Shown: positions 1-11,739 of the stretch, in pieces | Layout of the letters: each line of letters starts with the position of its first letter | How positions within the stretch are numbered: the stretch's first letter is position 1 | Source: Octopus vulgaris | Taxonomy: Eukaryota | Assembly: GCA_951406725.2 (NCBI GenBank) | Contig: OX597827.1 | Location: 52,204,001-52,268,000 of the forward strand | Reading direction: 5' to 3' | DNA length: 64,000 bases | Position numbers and translations under genes: made by a program | The notes under the pieces: model-generated | Database searches by the model: none | Told to the model about the DNA's origin: nothing | The model's input: only the letters and a program-made list of their open reading frames with translations

Positions 1-1949
1 CACACAAGAAAGGAATGCTTGTAGTGGACATCAATACGACCAAAGCACGTCGACAATCTGCACCATCCTGAAGAAAAAAGACGAGATCAAGACCATTACA
101 ACAGCAGTGGGGGTCTCCAGGCTCTCTGAGCAATGCACATCTATCCACAAAAGGATGGAAAAATTGCTTCTCCAGAAGTAACATGCAGGGGATACGATTA
201 TGGAGACCATCATTCTGAATGAAGACATGAGCACTGTATGGAGATCTCCTGAAGCACAACCCTGGAACATTGACGGTGGAGACATCAGCAGACGCATTTA
301 TGGCTAGTCACGGCTGGTTTGAGAATTTCAAGAGGAGGACTGGTGTTTATAGCATAATCAGGTATGGAGAAGCAGCGACTTCTGACACAAAAGGCAGTTG
401 AAGATTTCATACATGAATTCCATCAGCTCATTGCATCCAAGGGGTACATCGCACAACAGATATTCAATTGTGATGAAACTGGCCTTTTTTGGAAAAAAAA
501 ATGCTCAGAAGAACCTACATAATTGCAGAGGGAAAGAAAATGCCAGGCTATAAGACTAAGTAAGATAGGCTCTCACCCTTTGTGTCAATGCAAGTGGAAA
601 CTTGAAGATTAAGCCGCTCTTTGTCTACCATTCTGAAAACCTACGAGCATTCAAGTCACTCAAAATCCTGATGGAGAAGCTGCAGGTCATGTGGAGGGCA
701 AATGTTAAAGCCTGGGTCACCAGGCAATTCTTCTCCAAGTGGGTCAACCTTGTCTTCAGACCAGCAGTGAAAAAGATCTTCCTCTCAAGGCCCTCCTCAT
801 CCTCAACAATCCTTGACGATGATATCCTGAATGAATTCAAATTTATAAAAGCTCTGTACCTTTCACACAACACCACCCCCATCTTGCAGCCCATGCACCA
901 ACAGGTTATTTCCAATTTTAAGAAATTGTACAACAAACACCTGTTTCGTCAGTGATTTGAAGTCACTGAAATTACAAATCTAACCCTTCATGAGTTTTGG
1001 AAGGAGCACTACAACATTGTAAACTGCCTGAAAATCATCAATATGGCCCGGCAGGATGGAACAAGGAGAACGCTGAATTCTGCATGGAGAAAACTGTGGC
1101 CTGACAGCATATCCCAAAAGGACTTTGAGGGGTTTGAGTCTGAGATACCTGTAGTCGAGGAAATAGTGTTTCTTGGCAAGTCCATGGGCCTCAAAGTTGA
1201 TGGAGACAAAACACTCAGAGGAGCTGATTACAGATGAACTCCTGCAGCTTCAGGAGCAGCATTTGGATGCAGTGGAAGAGATTGGTTCCCTAGAAGAGGA
1301 CAGTGTAGCGCAGAATGCTATTTGTACAATTGACATAAAGGCAGAGTTGGCAAAGTGGCAGTATGTTTCTGAATTTGTAGATAATCATAATCCAGAAAAA
1401 GTAGCTACAAGTTGTGCAACTGCTTAATTTAATGACATTGCTCTGGTGCATTTTTGTAATATTTTAAAAAGCACGAAAAAGCAGACTTTTCTTGATATAT
1501 TTCTAATAAAACAACCTGCAAGTGTAAAAAGTGAAGAAAGTGTGTCCAAAAAGCCTAAATTAAGCAAAGTGAGAGAGAAAATGCCAGAAATTGTTCTTCC
1601 TGATGGCTTAATGGAAGGAGATTCTTCTTCCCAACAGTAATCCTCCTCCTCTCCATTCTATCATCTTCCTCACACACAAATCATCCCATCTTTAAGGTAA
1701 TTCAGTTAATAAATCAAGTTTACATATTTCTTTTGCATTCTCTTTTTTATAATTGACATTTTACTTGTAACTATACCTTTTCCGTTTTAAAACCCATAAA
1801 AAAATAAATTTTGAGTGGTTTGGTGGGACTGGAACAGATTGATTATATTTTAGTTAATTTCAATGATGAAAATTGATTTGTAGGATGAGTAAATTGTAAA
1901 ATGAGCTCAGTCATGGAATGAATTAAATTCCTACTGTGAGGTATCAGTG
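1..1949 (+). mobile_element. Tigger/pogo-family DNA transposon, degenerate, cut by the window edge
   Basis: Fragmented CENP-B/DDE_1 transposase: ASHGWFENFKRR (~302), QIFNCDETGLFWKK (~457), KPLFVYHSEN..VMWRANVKAWVT, NTTPILQPMHQQVISNFKKLY. Frameshifts and stops present. Ends ...GAGGTATCAGTG followed by TA at 1950. Confidence 0.92.
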
Positions 1950-1959
1950 TATGATGAAA

Positions 1960-2860
1960 TTCCACTCCCCAAAGTCCAGATCATGAAATTCCATGTGTTA
2001 CTGCTCATCATAACTAGGATCCTTCTTCCTGCATCTTAACACTAACTCATTTCTCCTCAGATAATGCTAGCACCTTCCTGTCCTTTCAATGAGCTTTGTT
2101 ATAGCAAAGCGTTATGCTGCTACTTTAAGCCACTCATTCCACAAGGCACCAACACACTATACCTTAACCACAACTCTCAGCCTCAACAGCCTTAGCTGCT
2201 CTCCAGTTCTGTCCTGTCTTGATCTCAGCTCTTACTTACCAGGCCTAACATATCAACTGTGGCTAACCAGTCTTTCAGATTGCAATCAAACACTTATCTC
2301 AGCCTCTTCACTGGTTTCTCAGTGATTGACGGTTTCTGTATACTATCAAATAAGAAGCTGAATTTGCTGACTCTGCCTTTCCTCAGCTCAAGAGATCTGG
2401 ACTTAAATAGTTTATAATTCAAGTGAGCCTGCTTGCCCGACCCCATCCACATGACATAGTGTTAGTTAGGTCATTGATATAAAAGCCCTAATGGAAGCTG
2501 GACACTAGACATAGTTGGATGGTCTCCTGTACTGAACTGCACTCAACTTCCCCAGCTTATTGATAGTAAGCCCAAAAGGAAGACGCAAGTGACACCTCCA
2601 GTGGTGATACCTTCTCAAGCTTGTGACATTCTAATTTAGAAGCAGCGAAAACCCTCAGAGTGAAGCTGTTTAGCAGTCCAGAACGAGGTTTCTGAACCTT
2701 TTGGGGATAACATGGTGCCTGTTCAAAGCCTCTCCAATTAGTGATCCTCGTAGCCTATAATAACTTTCTGAACCAGAGCATTAAATGTATATGTTCTTCA
2801 GAATGTAGCTGTTAGGCACCAAGCAACAATACTAAAGAATATTTCACTTCAACACTGGGC
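1960..2860 (-). mobile_element. Hero/R2-group non-LTR retrotransposon RT fragment with internal deletions
   Basis: Manual minus-strand translation gives ALNRHHVIPKRFRNLVLD, FKSRSLELRKGRVSKFSF..QKPSITEKPVKRL..VFDCNLKDWLATVD and EIKTGQNWRAAKAVEAES, which resemble Hero-type RT proteins as I recall them. Confidence 0.7.
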
Positions 2861-3087
2861 AGTAAGGTTATTCTAAACTGATTGATAGTCTTTAAATTTT
2901 CTGTCTTTGGAATGTGTGTGAGTGTGTGTGTGTGTGTGTGTGTGCATGTATACATACACACACTCAGACAGTTATATACAACTACTGACCCAAAATATTT
3001 TTCTTTTTAAAAGTAAAGCCAAAGACCAAGAGTACATTGCATAAGACAATGTGAAATTGAAATAATTGAACCAAGCTATAAACATAC

Positions 3088-3218
3088 CTGCATCACAGTA
3101 ACAGCCCCATATGTAACAGCCATCCAATAGACTGAGCCTATAAATATACCTCCAGCCAAGAATGGACACATCTTATAGATGACTTTGTCTGTCATGTCCA
3201 TTATATATACAAGACGAC
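3088..3218 (-). CDS. MARCHF5: E3 ubiquitin ligase MARCH5 (MITOL), coding exon 3
   Basis: 131-nt exon, acceptor TTTTTCTCTCACTACAG, donor CAG|GTATGT. Translates (G)RLVYIMDMTDKVIYKMCPFLAGGIFIGSVYWMAVTYGAVTVMQ, matching MARCH5 (human GPVVYVLDLADRLISKACPFAAAGIMVGSIYWTAVTYGAVTVMQ, from memory). Phase 1 start fits exon 2. The ORF track shows a different frame here. Confidence 0.96.
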
Positions 3219-3353
3219 CTGTAGTGAGAGAAAAACAAAGATTAGAATTGTAGGTAAAAAGGGAATTGATAAAATTTTAAAATGACAATTCTGTGTTTCA
3301 AATCTCTTCTCAACTCACAATACAGTAATATGAATAAATATATGAAGGTTTAA

Positions 3354-3569
3354 CCCTTTAGCATTTAAACTGGCCATGTCCAGCCCAAATATTTTATCTG
3401 TTCTATATTCAAACCAGCCAGATCTGACCTCTCACACCTACCCTACAATGTCATTTCAAAAAGCAACAATCACATTATTGAACTCTCAAAGCTACAAGAA
3501 AAAGCATGATTAATTTAAAACAATGTGAATAAGCTTTACATTTGAGAGAAAAATCTGAATGCTAAAGGG
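3354..3569. mobile_element. piggyBac-type MITE
   Basis: TTAA|CCCTTTAGCATT ... AATGCTAAAGGG|TTAG: 12-bp TIR with CCC/GGG ends and a TTAA-like target site. A second copy lies at 25176-25345. Confidence 0.8.
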
Positions 3570-3949
3570 TTAGTCTATTTTTCATTTCTTGAGTTTCGGC
3601 ACAGATGACTCAGCTCTGCCTTGCATTTATTCTTTTAAAAATCTCTTCTACGCCATACAAACACAAGAGGCAAATACATGCAAAATTGACAGCAGCATTA
3701 ATAAACCCCATTTGTTCATGTTTGTATGTCAGTGTAAGTTAGTCAGCTTATGCCATTGATTCAATGTCAGTTAGACACAATTTTTGCTGGCTTCTCTATG
3801 CACAGTCTGTAAATTTATTATTTGTACACAACTATCTTTTCTAATGTAAGGCTTGTAAATACGACCATTAATGTTTTAAAAATCTCTCATAATTTAATGC
3901 AAGAGTAAATGCTCAAAAGTAATTATTGCGTTTTACTCTAACTAACCTG

Positions 3950-5565
3950 TACATCCTTCTTGACTTTGCCCTTTCTATTATCAAATGGCTTGCATTTACA
4001 ACAGATTGACATAGGTTGATAGTTGAATTGATACAGGGTAATAATTGTGCAGTAGAAATGAAGGTAGTATGGGAGTTCTATCCTTGGAGGAAATATGAAT
4101 AAGTTGATGAGGATAGAAAAGAAAGGAAGATATAATTCAAAAGTGAACAAATAACTGCAGCATTGGTGAGCAAAAGTTGTTAGATAAATAGCCTTTACTT
4201 GGATGTGATCAAGAATGTTCCATGTTTGCAATACTCATATTAAATGATATGCTTGGTTGTGAGGGGGCATAAGTAAAGACTTAAGGATTAAGACCAATAA
4301 CATGCTTGAAATTAAAGTATATCATTGAAAAGGATGCACCCTATTTCTGTGTATACAAGCTATGGTAATGTAATATTTCTGCAATTAGTGTGTTATGCTG
4401 TATGTAACACATTTCCACTCTTTCCATTGCAAGCTTCACTTTAACTTCCTTTGTAAAAGATAAGTGGTGGCTGGGGATTGCAGCATTTTCTGTCCCTGAA
4501 GAAGATATATCTTTATCATTCTCTATGTTAAGGATGTGCTGTGGCCAAAACAAATCTACAATGGTGGTGAGGTGTAGGAGTTGTAGTGACCTCGAGGAAT
4601 CTAGTTGAGTACTGCTCATATTCAGATAACTTACAAGACAGCTTTCTTGATACGTCTAGTGAGAATGCCTTTTTACTATTAAAGAACAGAAGATGGGCAT
4701 GATGTTGCTGGAAAATGTTTCTGAGGTTTCTGTTCATGTAGTGCAAGTTTAGCATGAGGTATCTAGGTTATAAGTGGATGACACTTTGGTATGAAAGGTT
4801 ATCAAGGAATGAAGGGTGGTAACATATGCATAGGAATGGGTGTTGGAAGTAATAACTGGTAAGTTATTGATATTTAAGAGAAACGGTGTATCAGAGAGAG
4901 TTCCATTAGCCATGATGATGCAATCTGAAAGGAAGCCTCCAATCCAAGAGACAAGAAATGGAAGAAGCACATAGGAACAGAGGAAATTCATATACCAGGT
5001 ACAGTCAAATGCTTTGCAACAACAATAATTTTAGCAAAATTTTCAAGGGTGAGGGCAACTGAGATTTAGGCTTTCAGTAGATATGGCTTTACAAAAGCCA
5101 TATTGTTGATCATTAAGTTGGAAGAGGGATGAAAGGTGTTATTGATGATCTCCATGACCTTCAAGATGTTGAAAGTGAGAGCAATAGGTCAATAATTGAT
5201 GATATCAGATCCCTTCTTGTGAATGGGACACACTGTAGCATGTTTCTAAAGATGGGACAAATCTCTGAAAGAGAGAGTTTGAAGAGTTTGGTGAAGAGTA
5301 AAGGTTAGCTCTAGGGTACACTGTTTATGAGTAACAAAAGGAACTTTGTCAGGGCTGGTGACCTAGTAATCATAAATGCCAGAGCACTTGGCATATATGA
5401 GTGTAGAGTAAGCCTGATGGAATGGAGATGGATAGTTTGCAATGAAGTTGAGTGCAAAGGAGGATTATATGAAGTTGATAAAAAAATTATTTTAGTAAGG
5501 GACCAAACAGAATCTTCAGGGCAGGAGGTAGAAGTGCTTGCAGACACAGAAGGGTATCCTTAGCA
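3950..5565 (-). mobile_element. CR1/L2/Jockey-group LINE, degenerate RT and 3' region, interrupted by an RTE
   Basis: Minus-strand remnants VCPIHKKGSDIINY.PIAL, LVSWIGGFLSD and WNILDHIQVKAIYL. The upstream part appears to resume at ~7410-7790. Confidence 0.7.
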
Positions 5566-5574
5566 TTTCTAATA

Positions 5575-7408
5575 ATTGTTGCATCAGGTGATGAAAGTCA
5601 GAGAGAGGGTCAAAGCCCAACTAATTCGGGAGAGAGTTAGTCTACATGAGATGCAATTTGGGTTTGTGCCAGGTAGAAGCACCACTGATGCTATATTTCT
5701 GGTAAGACAGTTGCAAGAGAAATTCCTAGCCAAAGAAAAACCTCTGTACTTGGCTTTTGCTGACACGGAGAAAGCCTCTGACAGGGTCCCCTGATCCCTT
5801 ATCTGGTAGTCAATGCAGAAAGTAGGGATAGATGAGTGGTTGGTGAGAGCTGTACAAGCTATGTACAGGGATGCTGTCGTTAAGGTGAGGGTTGGCTATG
5901 AGTATAGCAAAGAATACTGGGTAGAAGCAGGGTTTCACCAAGAATCAGTCCTCAGCCCCCTCTTGTTCACCATAGTCCTCCAGGCAATAACAGAATTCAA
6001 GACAAGCTGCCCCTGGGAGCTCCTCTATGCTGATGACCTTGCTCTGATAGCTGAGTCACTACCACAACTAGAGAAGTTTCAGATGTGGAAGCAAGGTCTA
6101 GAATTGAAGGCCCTTAAAAGTTAAACTAGCAAAAACCAAAGTCTTAGTAAGTAGTAAGGCAGACAAATCACAAATCCCTTTAGGCTGATGGCTCTACTTG
6201 ATCTTTAGAAAAGACGTAGGTAGAAAGTCCATAAAATGTACCCAGTGTAAGCTATGGACACATAAGAGATGCAGGAATAGCAAAGGAAGGTTAACTGGGA
6301 AGATAGTTTTTGTGTGTGGAAGATGAACAAGTGCAATAAACACTGAAAATGTACAGAAAACAGATTCCATTACATGCCAGGGGGAAAAACCAGAAGTAGT
6401 TGATAGCTTCCATTACCTAGTAGCAGGGGTGCATGCTTCGAGAGCATAGCTGCTAGAATAAGAATAGGCTGTGCAAAGTTCAGAGAGCTCTTACTTCTGC
6501 TGGTAACAAAGGGGCTCTCGTTTAGAGTGAAAGGTAGACTGTATGATGCCTGTGTGCAAACAGCCACGCTACATGGCAGTGAAACATGGGCTGTGATAGC
6601 TGAGGACATGTGTAGGCTTGAAAGAAATGAAACTGGTCTGCTCTGCTGGATGTGTAATGTCAGTGTGCACACATGACAAAGTGTAAGTGCCTTGAGAGCA
6701 AAGTAAGACATAAGAAGCATCAGATGTCGTGTGCAAGAGAGATAACTGTGCTGGTATAGTCATGTGATGTATATGGATAGGACAGCTGTGTGAAAAAGTT
6801 TCACACCCGAACAGTGGAAGGAACCTGTGGAAGAGGTAGACCCATGAAGACGTGATGAGGTGTTGAAGCACAACCATTGAACATTAGGCCTCAAAGAGGT
6901 AATGACAACTGACTGAGACCTTTGGAGATATGCCGTGCTTGAGAAGGTCCAGTGAGCCAAGTGAGATTATAGTTAGGGCCAATACTAGTGTTGTATCACT
7001 GGCCCATTTAGAAGCACTCTTCTATTGCTGAGCGATATGCCATGCTTGCGAAGACCTTTTGAACAGAGTGAAATCATAGCCGTGGCTGATGGCCAGTGCC
7101 ACTTGACTAGCACATAAAAAGCGCACCATTTGAGCATGGCTGATGCCAGTGTCACCTGACTGGCACATAAAAAGTATCATTCAAGCATGGCTGATGGCAG
7201 TGCTGCATGACAGGTTCCTATGCAGGTGACATGCAAAAAGCTCCCGCTACACTCTTGGAGTGCTTGGTGTTAGGAAGGGCATCCAGCTGTAGCAACCTTG
7301 CCAAATTAGATTGGATCCTGGTGCAGCCTCTTAGCCTGCCAGTTCTCAGTCAAACCATTCAACCCATGCCAGCATTGAAAACAGACATTAAACAATGACA
7401 ATAATGAT
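5575..7408 (+). mobile_element. RTE-clade LINE, 5'-truncated, with 3' UTR and (GAT)-like tail
   Basis: RT motifs MQFGFVPGRSTTDAIFLVRQLQEKFL and WELLYADDLALIAES, C-terminal LYDACV..LHGSETW. The 3' end TTAGGAAGGGCATCCAGCTGTAG...TAAACAATGACAATAATGAT is shared with many short copies in the window. Confidence 0.93.
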
Positions 7409-7409
7409 C

Positions 7410-7790
7410 TTGCAGGAGTTGCAGAGTTGGGTAAAAGTTGGCCAGCTTATAATGGTAGATAATTTTCTCCAATCACTGTAAGCAATGTTCTTTACTAGAA
7501 CTGTGACTGTGAGGCAGCGGTGGTAGTTTTGGTTGTGTGAGAGATACAGAACATCTTTAGAGTATGACTTCAGTCATCCTCATAGTTGTCTGATAGGTCA
7601 AGGCTGACTTTAAAATTCAGTTCCATATTACTAACAATGGCAACTGCACCATTTTCATTGCACATAAGCTCTGAAATGAGATCTACATAAAGCAAAATTA
7701 AATGGAAATAGAGGACTGCTTCCACAAACATCATGCCAATGTCCAGAAAAGTGTGGAAAGAGTCAGAAAATTCATGGTATCTCAGTTCAA
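7410..7790 (-). mobile_element. Probable upstream (endonuclease) part of the minus-strand LINE at 3950-5565
   Basis: Same strand, directly beyond the RTE insert. Only weak, degenerate resemblance to an APE endonuclease. Confidence 0.4.
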
Positions 7791-8839
7791 TTCAACAGAC
7801 TATTTCAGTGTACCAGCACATCCTTTCACACCTACAGACATAAATAGAAACACATCAGCTTTATCCTTGAAAAGCCGCTATCTATCAGTATCAATGAATG
7901 CTTACGTTCTTTATTATCTGTCCCTACTTTTTTAACAATCCCCTCCATTATTTCTTCATAGCAACCTAACGTGCTTTTATAGACTTAGCTATATATCACT
8001 TGGGTTTCATATCCAATCCTGCTAACTCCTTTCCCTTTGCAGGAATGGATGTTTTTTTTTTTCTTTCTTTCACCAGTTGAATCCTATGACTTTTCTATCT
8101 TTTTAATGTTTACCCTCTCCACCTCTTTCCTCATCTATATTTTGTATTTAAGTGTACATAACATGGCTATATATCTGTATATATGTGTGTGTCTGTGTGT
8201 GCATGCATATTTACATAAATAATTATGTACTCTACATTTCTTTTATTTAATCATTTAATTTAATCTCTTTTATCTCTTCGTTGCTGTTTTGTGACCTTAT
8301 CAGCAGTCTTTCGGCCTTCATTTCTTCTTACATTCCCAGCCATAATTTACAACATTCACTGGCAAAAGGAGCTGTAACCTTAAAATTTCACTTCATAAAT
8401 TGCATTTTCGTAAACTTCTATTGCACAACTGATTTTAACCAATGTAAACCATTAATCATCATCAGCAGATTATTATTATTATTCAGAGTGTGTGTGTGTG
8501 TGTGTTCGTGTGTTTGTGTGTGAGAGAGAGAGAGAGAGAGAGAAAGGTTTTGCATTTGTGTATATTTATTATACGCGTGCACATGTAAACACGCACATAC
8601 ACACACACTTCCACTGACTCATTCAAGCAGGTCGGCTGACTATTGGCATGTGCTGGTGCATGTATGTGTGTGTGTGTTTGTGTGTGTGTCACCCATCTGC
8701 CCATATCATAGCTACCAGCAGCTGATGAAGTTTGATCGATATTCTTGTTAGCAACACTGTGATGACAGTGGGAGGAGAAGGAGGCTGTATTAATATTTTG
8801 ACATGTTGGTTAATTTATGCAGCTAGCACAGGATGGCTC

Positions 8840-9052
8840 TTCTGCTGATGTATACAAAGGGAAGAAGTGGGAGTGGAAGATAATGGTGTTGCTGCTCATG
8901 ATGATTATATACGAAGGGAAGAGGGGGAAAGTGGAGGATAGGGCTGCTACTGCTGCTGATGTATATGGAAGGAGAGGCGGAGTAGAGGACGGTGTTGCGG
9001 ATGATGTATATAGGAAGAAACTAGAAGTGGAGGATAGCGCTACAGCTGCTAC
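8840..9052. repeat. Degenerate minisatellite, about four units of 45-57 bp
   Basis: Recurring GCTGATGTATAY..GGAAG..AGTGGAGGATAG..GCT units, flanked by (TG)n and (TA)n tracts. Confidence 0.7.
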
Positions 9053-9068
9053 TGTGTGTGTGCGTGTG

Positions 9069-9118
<50 letters not shown>

Positions 9119-9478
9119 CACTTAGTGAGGAGTAAGGGTCATAATTTAGCATGTGAAAGACAGAAGTGAATGATTGTGTGTGTGTGTGTGGATGAGTAAT
9201 GTTATTGCCACTTTGTAGTTCCATTCTCAGCTCTGATCCATGAAAAATAGGAAGTCAGCTGACTGAGTGCATCTACAAATTTAAATAATACCACTTCATT
9301 GGAAGCAATATTATCACATGTATATGGAGTGCAATATGGCAATCTGGCCATGAAACATTTCTTTCATTGTCCCAACTATTCCTGTAAGCCTTTAGGTTCC
9401 ACTGAACGTCAAGCAAGTAAAGTGCCTTCTATCAAAGGAATAGTATGTATGTGTGTGTGTGTATATATATATATATAT

Positions 9479-9519
<41 letters not shown>

Positions 9520-9607
9520 AGAGTAACCACATAACTGTCCAACGAATGGGAAACTCTGAGTAACAGCTTTTGTTATATTTCTGCTGCTTTTAAATAAAGT
9601 ATATATA

Positions 9608-9999
9608 TCATCATCATCATCGTTTAACGTCTGTTTTCCGTGCTAGCACGGGTTGGACGGTTCGACCGGGGTCTGGAAAGCCAGGAGGCTGCACCAGCTC
9701 CAGTCTGATCTGGCAGTGTTTCTACAGCTGGATGCCCTTCCTAACGCCAACCACTCCGTGAGTGTAGTGGGTGCTTTTTACATGCCACTGGCACAGGAGC
9801 CAGGGGAGTCTGGTAGCTGCCACGATCGGCTGGTGCTTTTAACGTGCCACCGGCACGGAGCCAGTCAAGACGGCGCTGGCAACGGCCACGTTCGGATGGT
9901 TCCTTTTTACATGCCACCGGTACAGAAGCCAGTCAAGGCAGCGCTGGCATTGGCCACGTTTAGATGGTGCTTTTTATGTGCCACCAGCACAGGTATCAC

Positions 10000-10000
<1 letters not shown>
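9608..10000 (-). mobile_element. RTE 3'-end copy with internal tandem hairpin repeats, embedded in (TA)n
   Basis: (ATC)n-GTTTAACGTC...GGATGCCCTTCCTAACGCCAACCAC is the reverse complement of the RTE tail at 7240-7408. Four TGCCACYGGCAC-type units follow. Confidence 0.85.
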
Positions 10001-10049
<49 letters not shown>

Positions 10050-10155
10050 TCTTTATTTGTGAATTAAGGCTACCATTGGTTTCATGTTAAGAAGAGCAGG
10101 AAAATATCCTAGTATCTTAAAAATTTTCCAAGCTGATCACATAAAGGCTTTTGCA

Positions 10156-10274
10156 TCCATTTTGGAAAACAGTCTTGTTTTGTTCACAAGATTTCTCGTA
10201 AATTTACATAAACAAAACAATGAAACATTTATGAGAAATCCCATGAACAAAACAAGACTGTTTTCCAAAATGGA
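10156..10274. repeat. Long inverted repeat (hairpin)
   Basis: Perfect 31-bp arms at 10156-10186 and 10244-10274, extending inward imperfectly to a 48-bp stem with a 23-nt loop. Confidence 0.95.
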
Positions 10275-10499
10275 GGTGAACACCTTTCTCCATGTGTCAG
10301 AATGATGTAGACGCATATGAGAACTCAATAGAGTTCAAAAAATTGCTTAAGGTTGTTCATCATATTTTCAGTCTGCAGAGAAATCGCGAAAATTTGCCCA
10401 GTTTATAATTATACCAAATGTTACACACACATATATACATATAGTTGAAATTTACAGAAAAACAAAAGATGATGACAGGTGTATTAGTTTGACATTTGG

Positions 10500-11715
10500 G
10501 AAGGTGAGAAAGTCTTTCACATTTTGAGCCTATGCTCTTCAACCGAAAGGAACATGAGGAAATAAACAGAGAGAGAATAAAAAAACTTTTGGAGTTAGCA
10601 ATCAATTATAGTGACTGGTTGGACTAAAGTAGTCAGACAGAGAGCTTGGAAGAAGTGGAGATAATTAAGTATTGGTGATCCCAAAACGAAGGTGCGTGTG
10701 TGTGTGTGTATAAGAAAGTGTGTGTGTTTGTGGACAGGAGCTGGTAACTTTGATGTGTGGATGTGTGTGTGCATCTGTATTGTGTGGGTGCTGGGAAGTG
10801 GTCAGTGATAGTGTGTGCAGGGTGATATGCTGTGGTTGTGTTGGGGGTGGGATGTGGGAGTGGGGGTGGGGCATGTGGAAGTGGGATGTGTAGGGTTGGG
10901 GTGTGGATGGAAGGGGCATCAATGAAAGGAGAAGGTGGGTAGGAGTGAAGAGAGGAAGTAGGTGCCAGATGAGAGAAGACAAGGGGAGTAAGATGAAGAG
11001 GGGAGGGGAGTTGAGCCCATGTGATGCAAATGAGCAAAGAGAGAGGATTAATTCCTGTTCATGGCGAAGACGGGAGTCTGGATGGCCCCTGTGCAAAGAC
11101 AATCCAAACACAGACAGGTGTTGTAATGAATGACCAGTAGAGTGAAAATGGCATGAGACCGGGTTCATTCCCGAGTCTAATGTCTCAGAGGTCCTCCGCA
11201 AACCAGTCAGCCAAGCAGTGTTCCATTTTACCGACATACAGAGGACTGAAAGAGCAGCAGATGCAGTAAATGACATTGCTAGAAGTGCAGGTAAAGGAGT
11301 CAGTGATATGATAGGGACGATGATGGGTGCCTGTGAGGATGGTGGTATTGGAGAGGTAGAGGCAAGTGCGGCAGTGTGAGCGAGAGCAGGGGAACGAGCC
11401 AGGTTAGGGGTGGGGTTAGGGAAGAAACTGTAGACCATGTCACGTATGTTGTGAGCTCGTTTGAAGGAGGGAAGGGGTAGGTTGGGGAAGATGTGCAAAG
11501 TGGAGGGGTCACACTGGAGTTGCTGGAAGGCTCGGAGAATGGTGAGGAGTAACAGCAGGGTGGGTGCAGAGAGAGAGAGCAAAGGCACAGTCCATGGAAC
11601 ATGCTCTGGCAAGGGCAGTGTGGATAGTGGTGAGAGGATATCTATGAAGGATTAAGTGGCAAGCCAGGAGTTGAGACTGAGTCTCAAAGTCATGGTTGTC
11701 ACTGCAGAGCCTGCC
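10500..11715 (-). mobile_element. Penelope-like element (YIDD type, Poseidon/Neptune-like), 3' fragment with GIY-YIG remnant
   Basis: PLPSFKRAHNIRDMV and PVSCHFHSTGHSLQHLSVFGL..RLRHEQELILSLCSFASHGLN. Clearly homologous to the longer copy at 51960-54040, including the 3' terminus. Confidence 0.88.
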
Positions 11716-11739
11716 GACGGAAAAGTGTGGACATGCCAG

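Noticed and set aside
2972-3169. 65-aa ORF from the track
   Set aside because: Wrong frame over MARCH5 exon 3.
8817-9125. 102-aa repeat protein (ADVY..VED)
   Set aside because: Arises from a minisatellite plus a TA microsatellite, with no splice or homology support.
9770-9995. CRISPR-like repeat-spacer pattern
   Set aside because: Units are imperfect, spacers are related to each other, the array is part of a dispersed RTE 3' UTR, and there are no cas genes in this eukaryotic context.
10665-11612. 315-aa ORF as a host gene
   Set aside because: Frameshifted PLE endonuclease region running into the C-rich 3' UTR.
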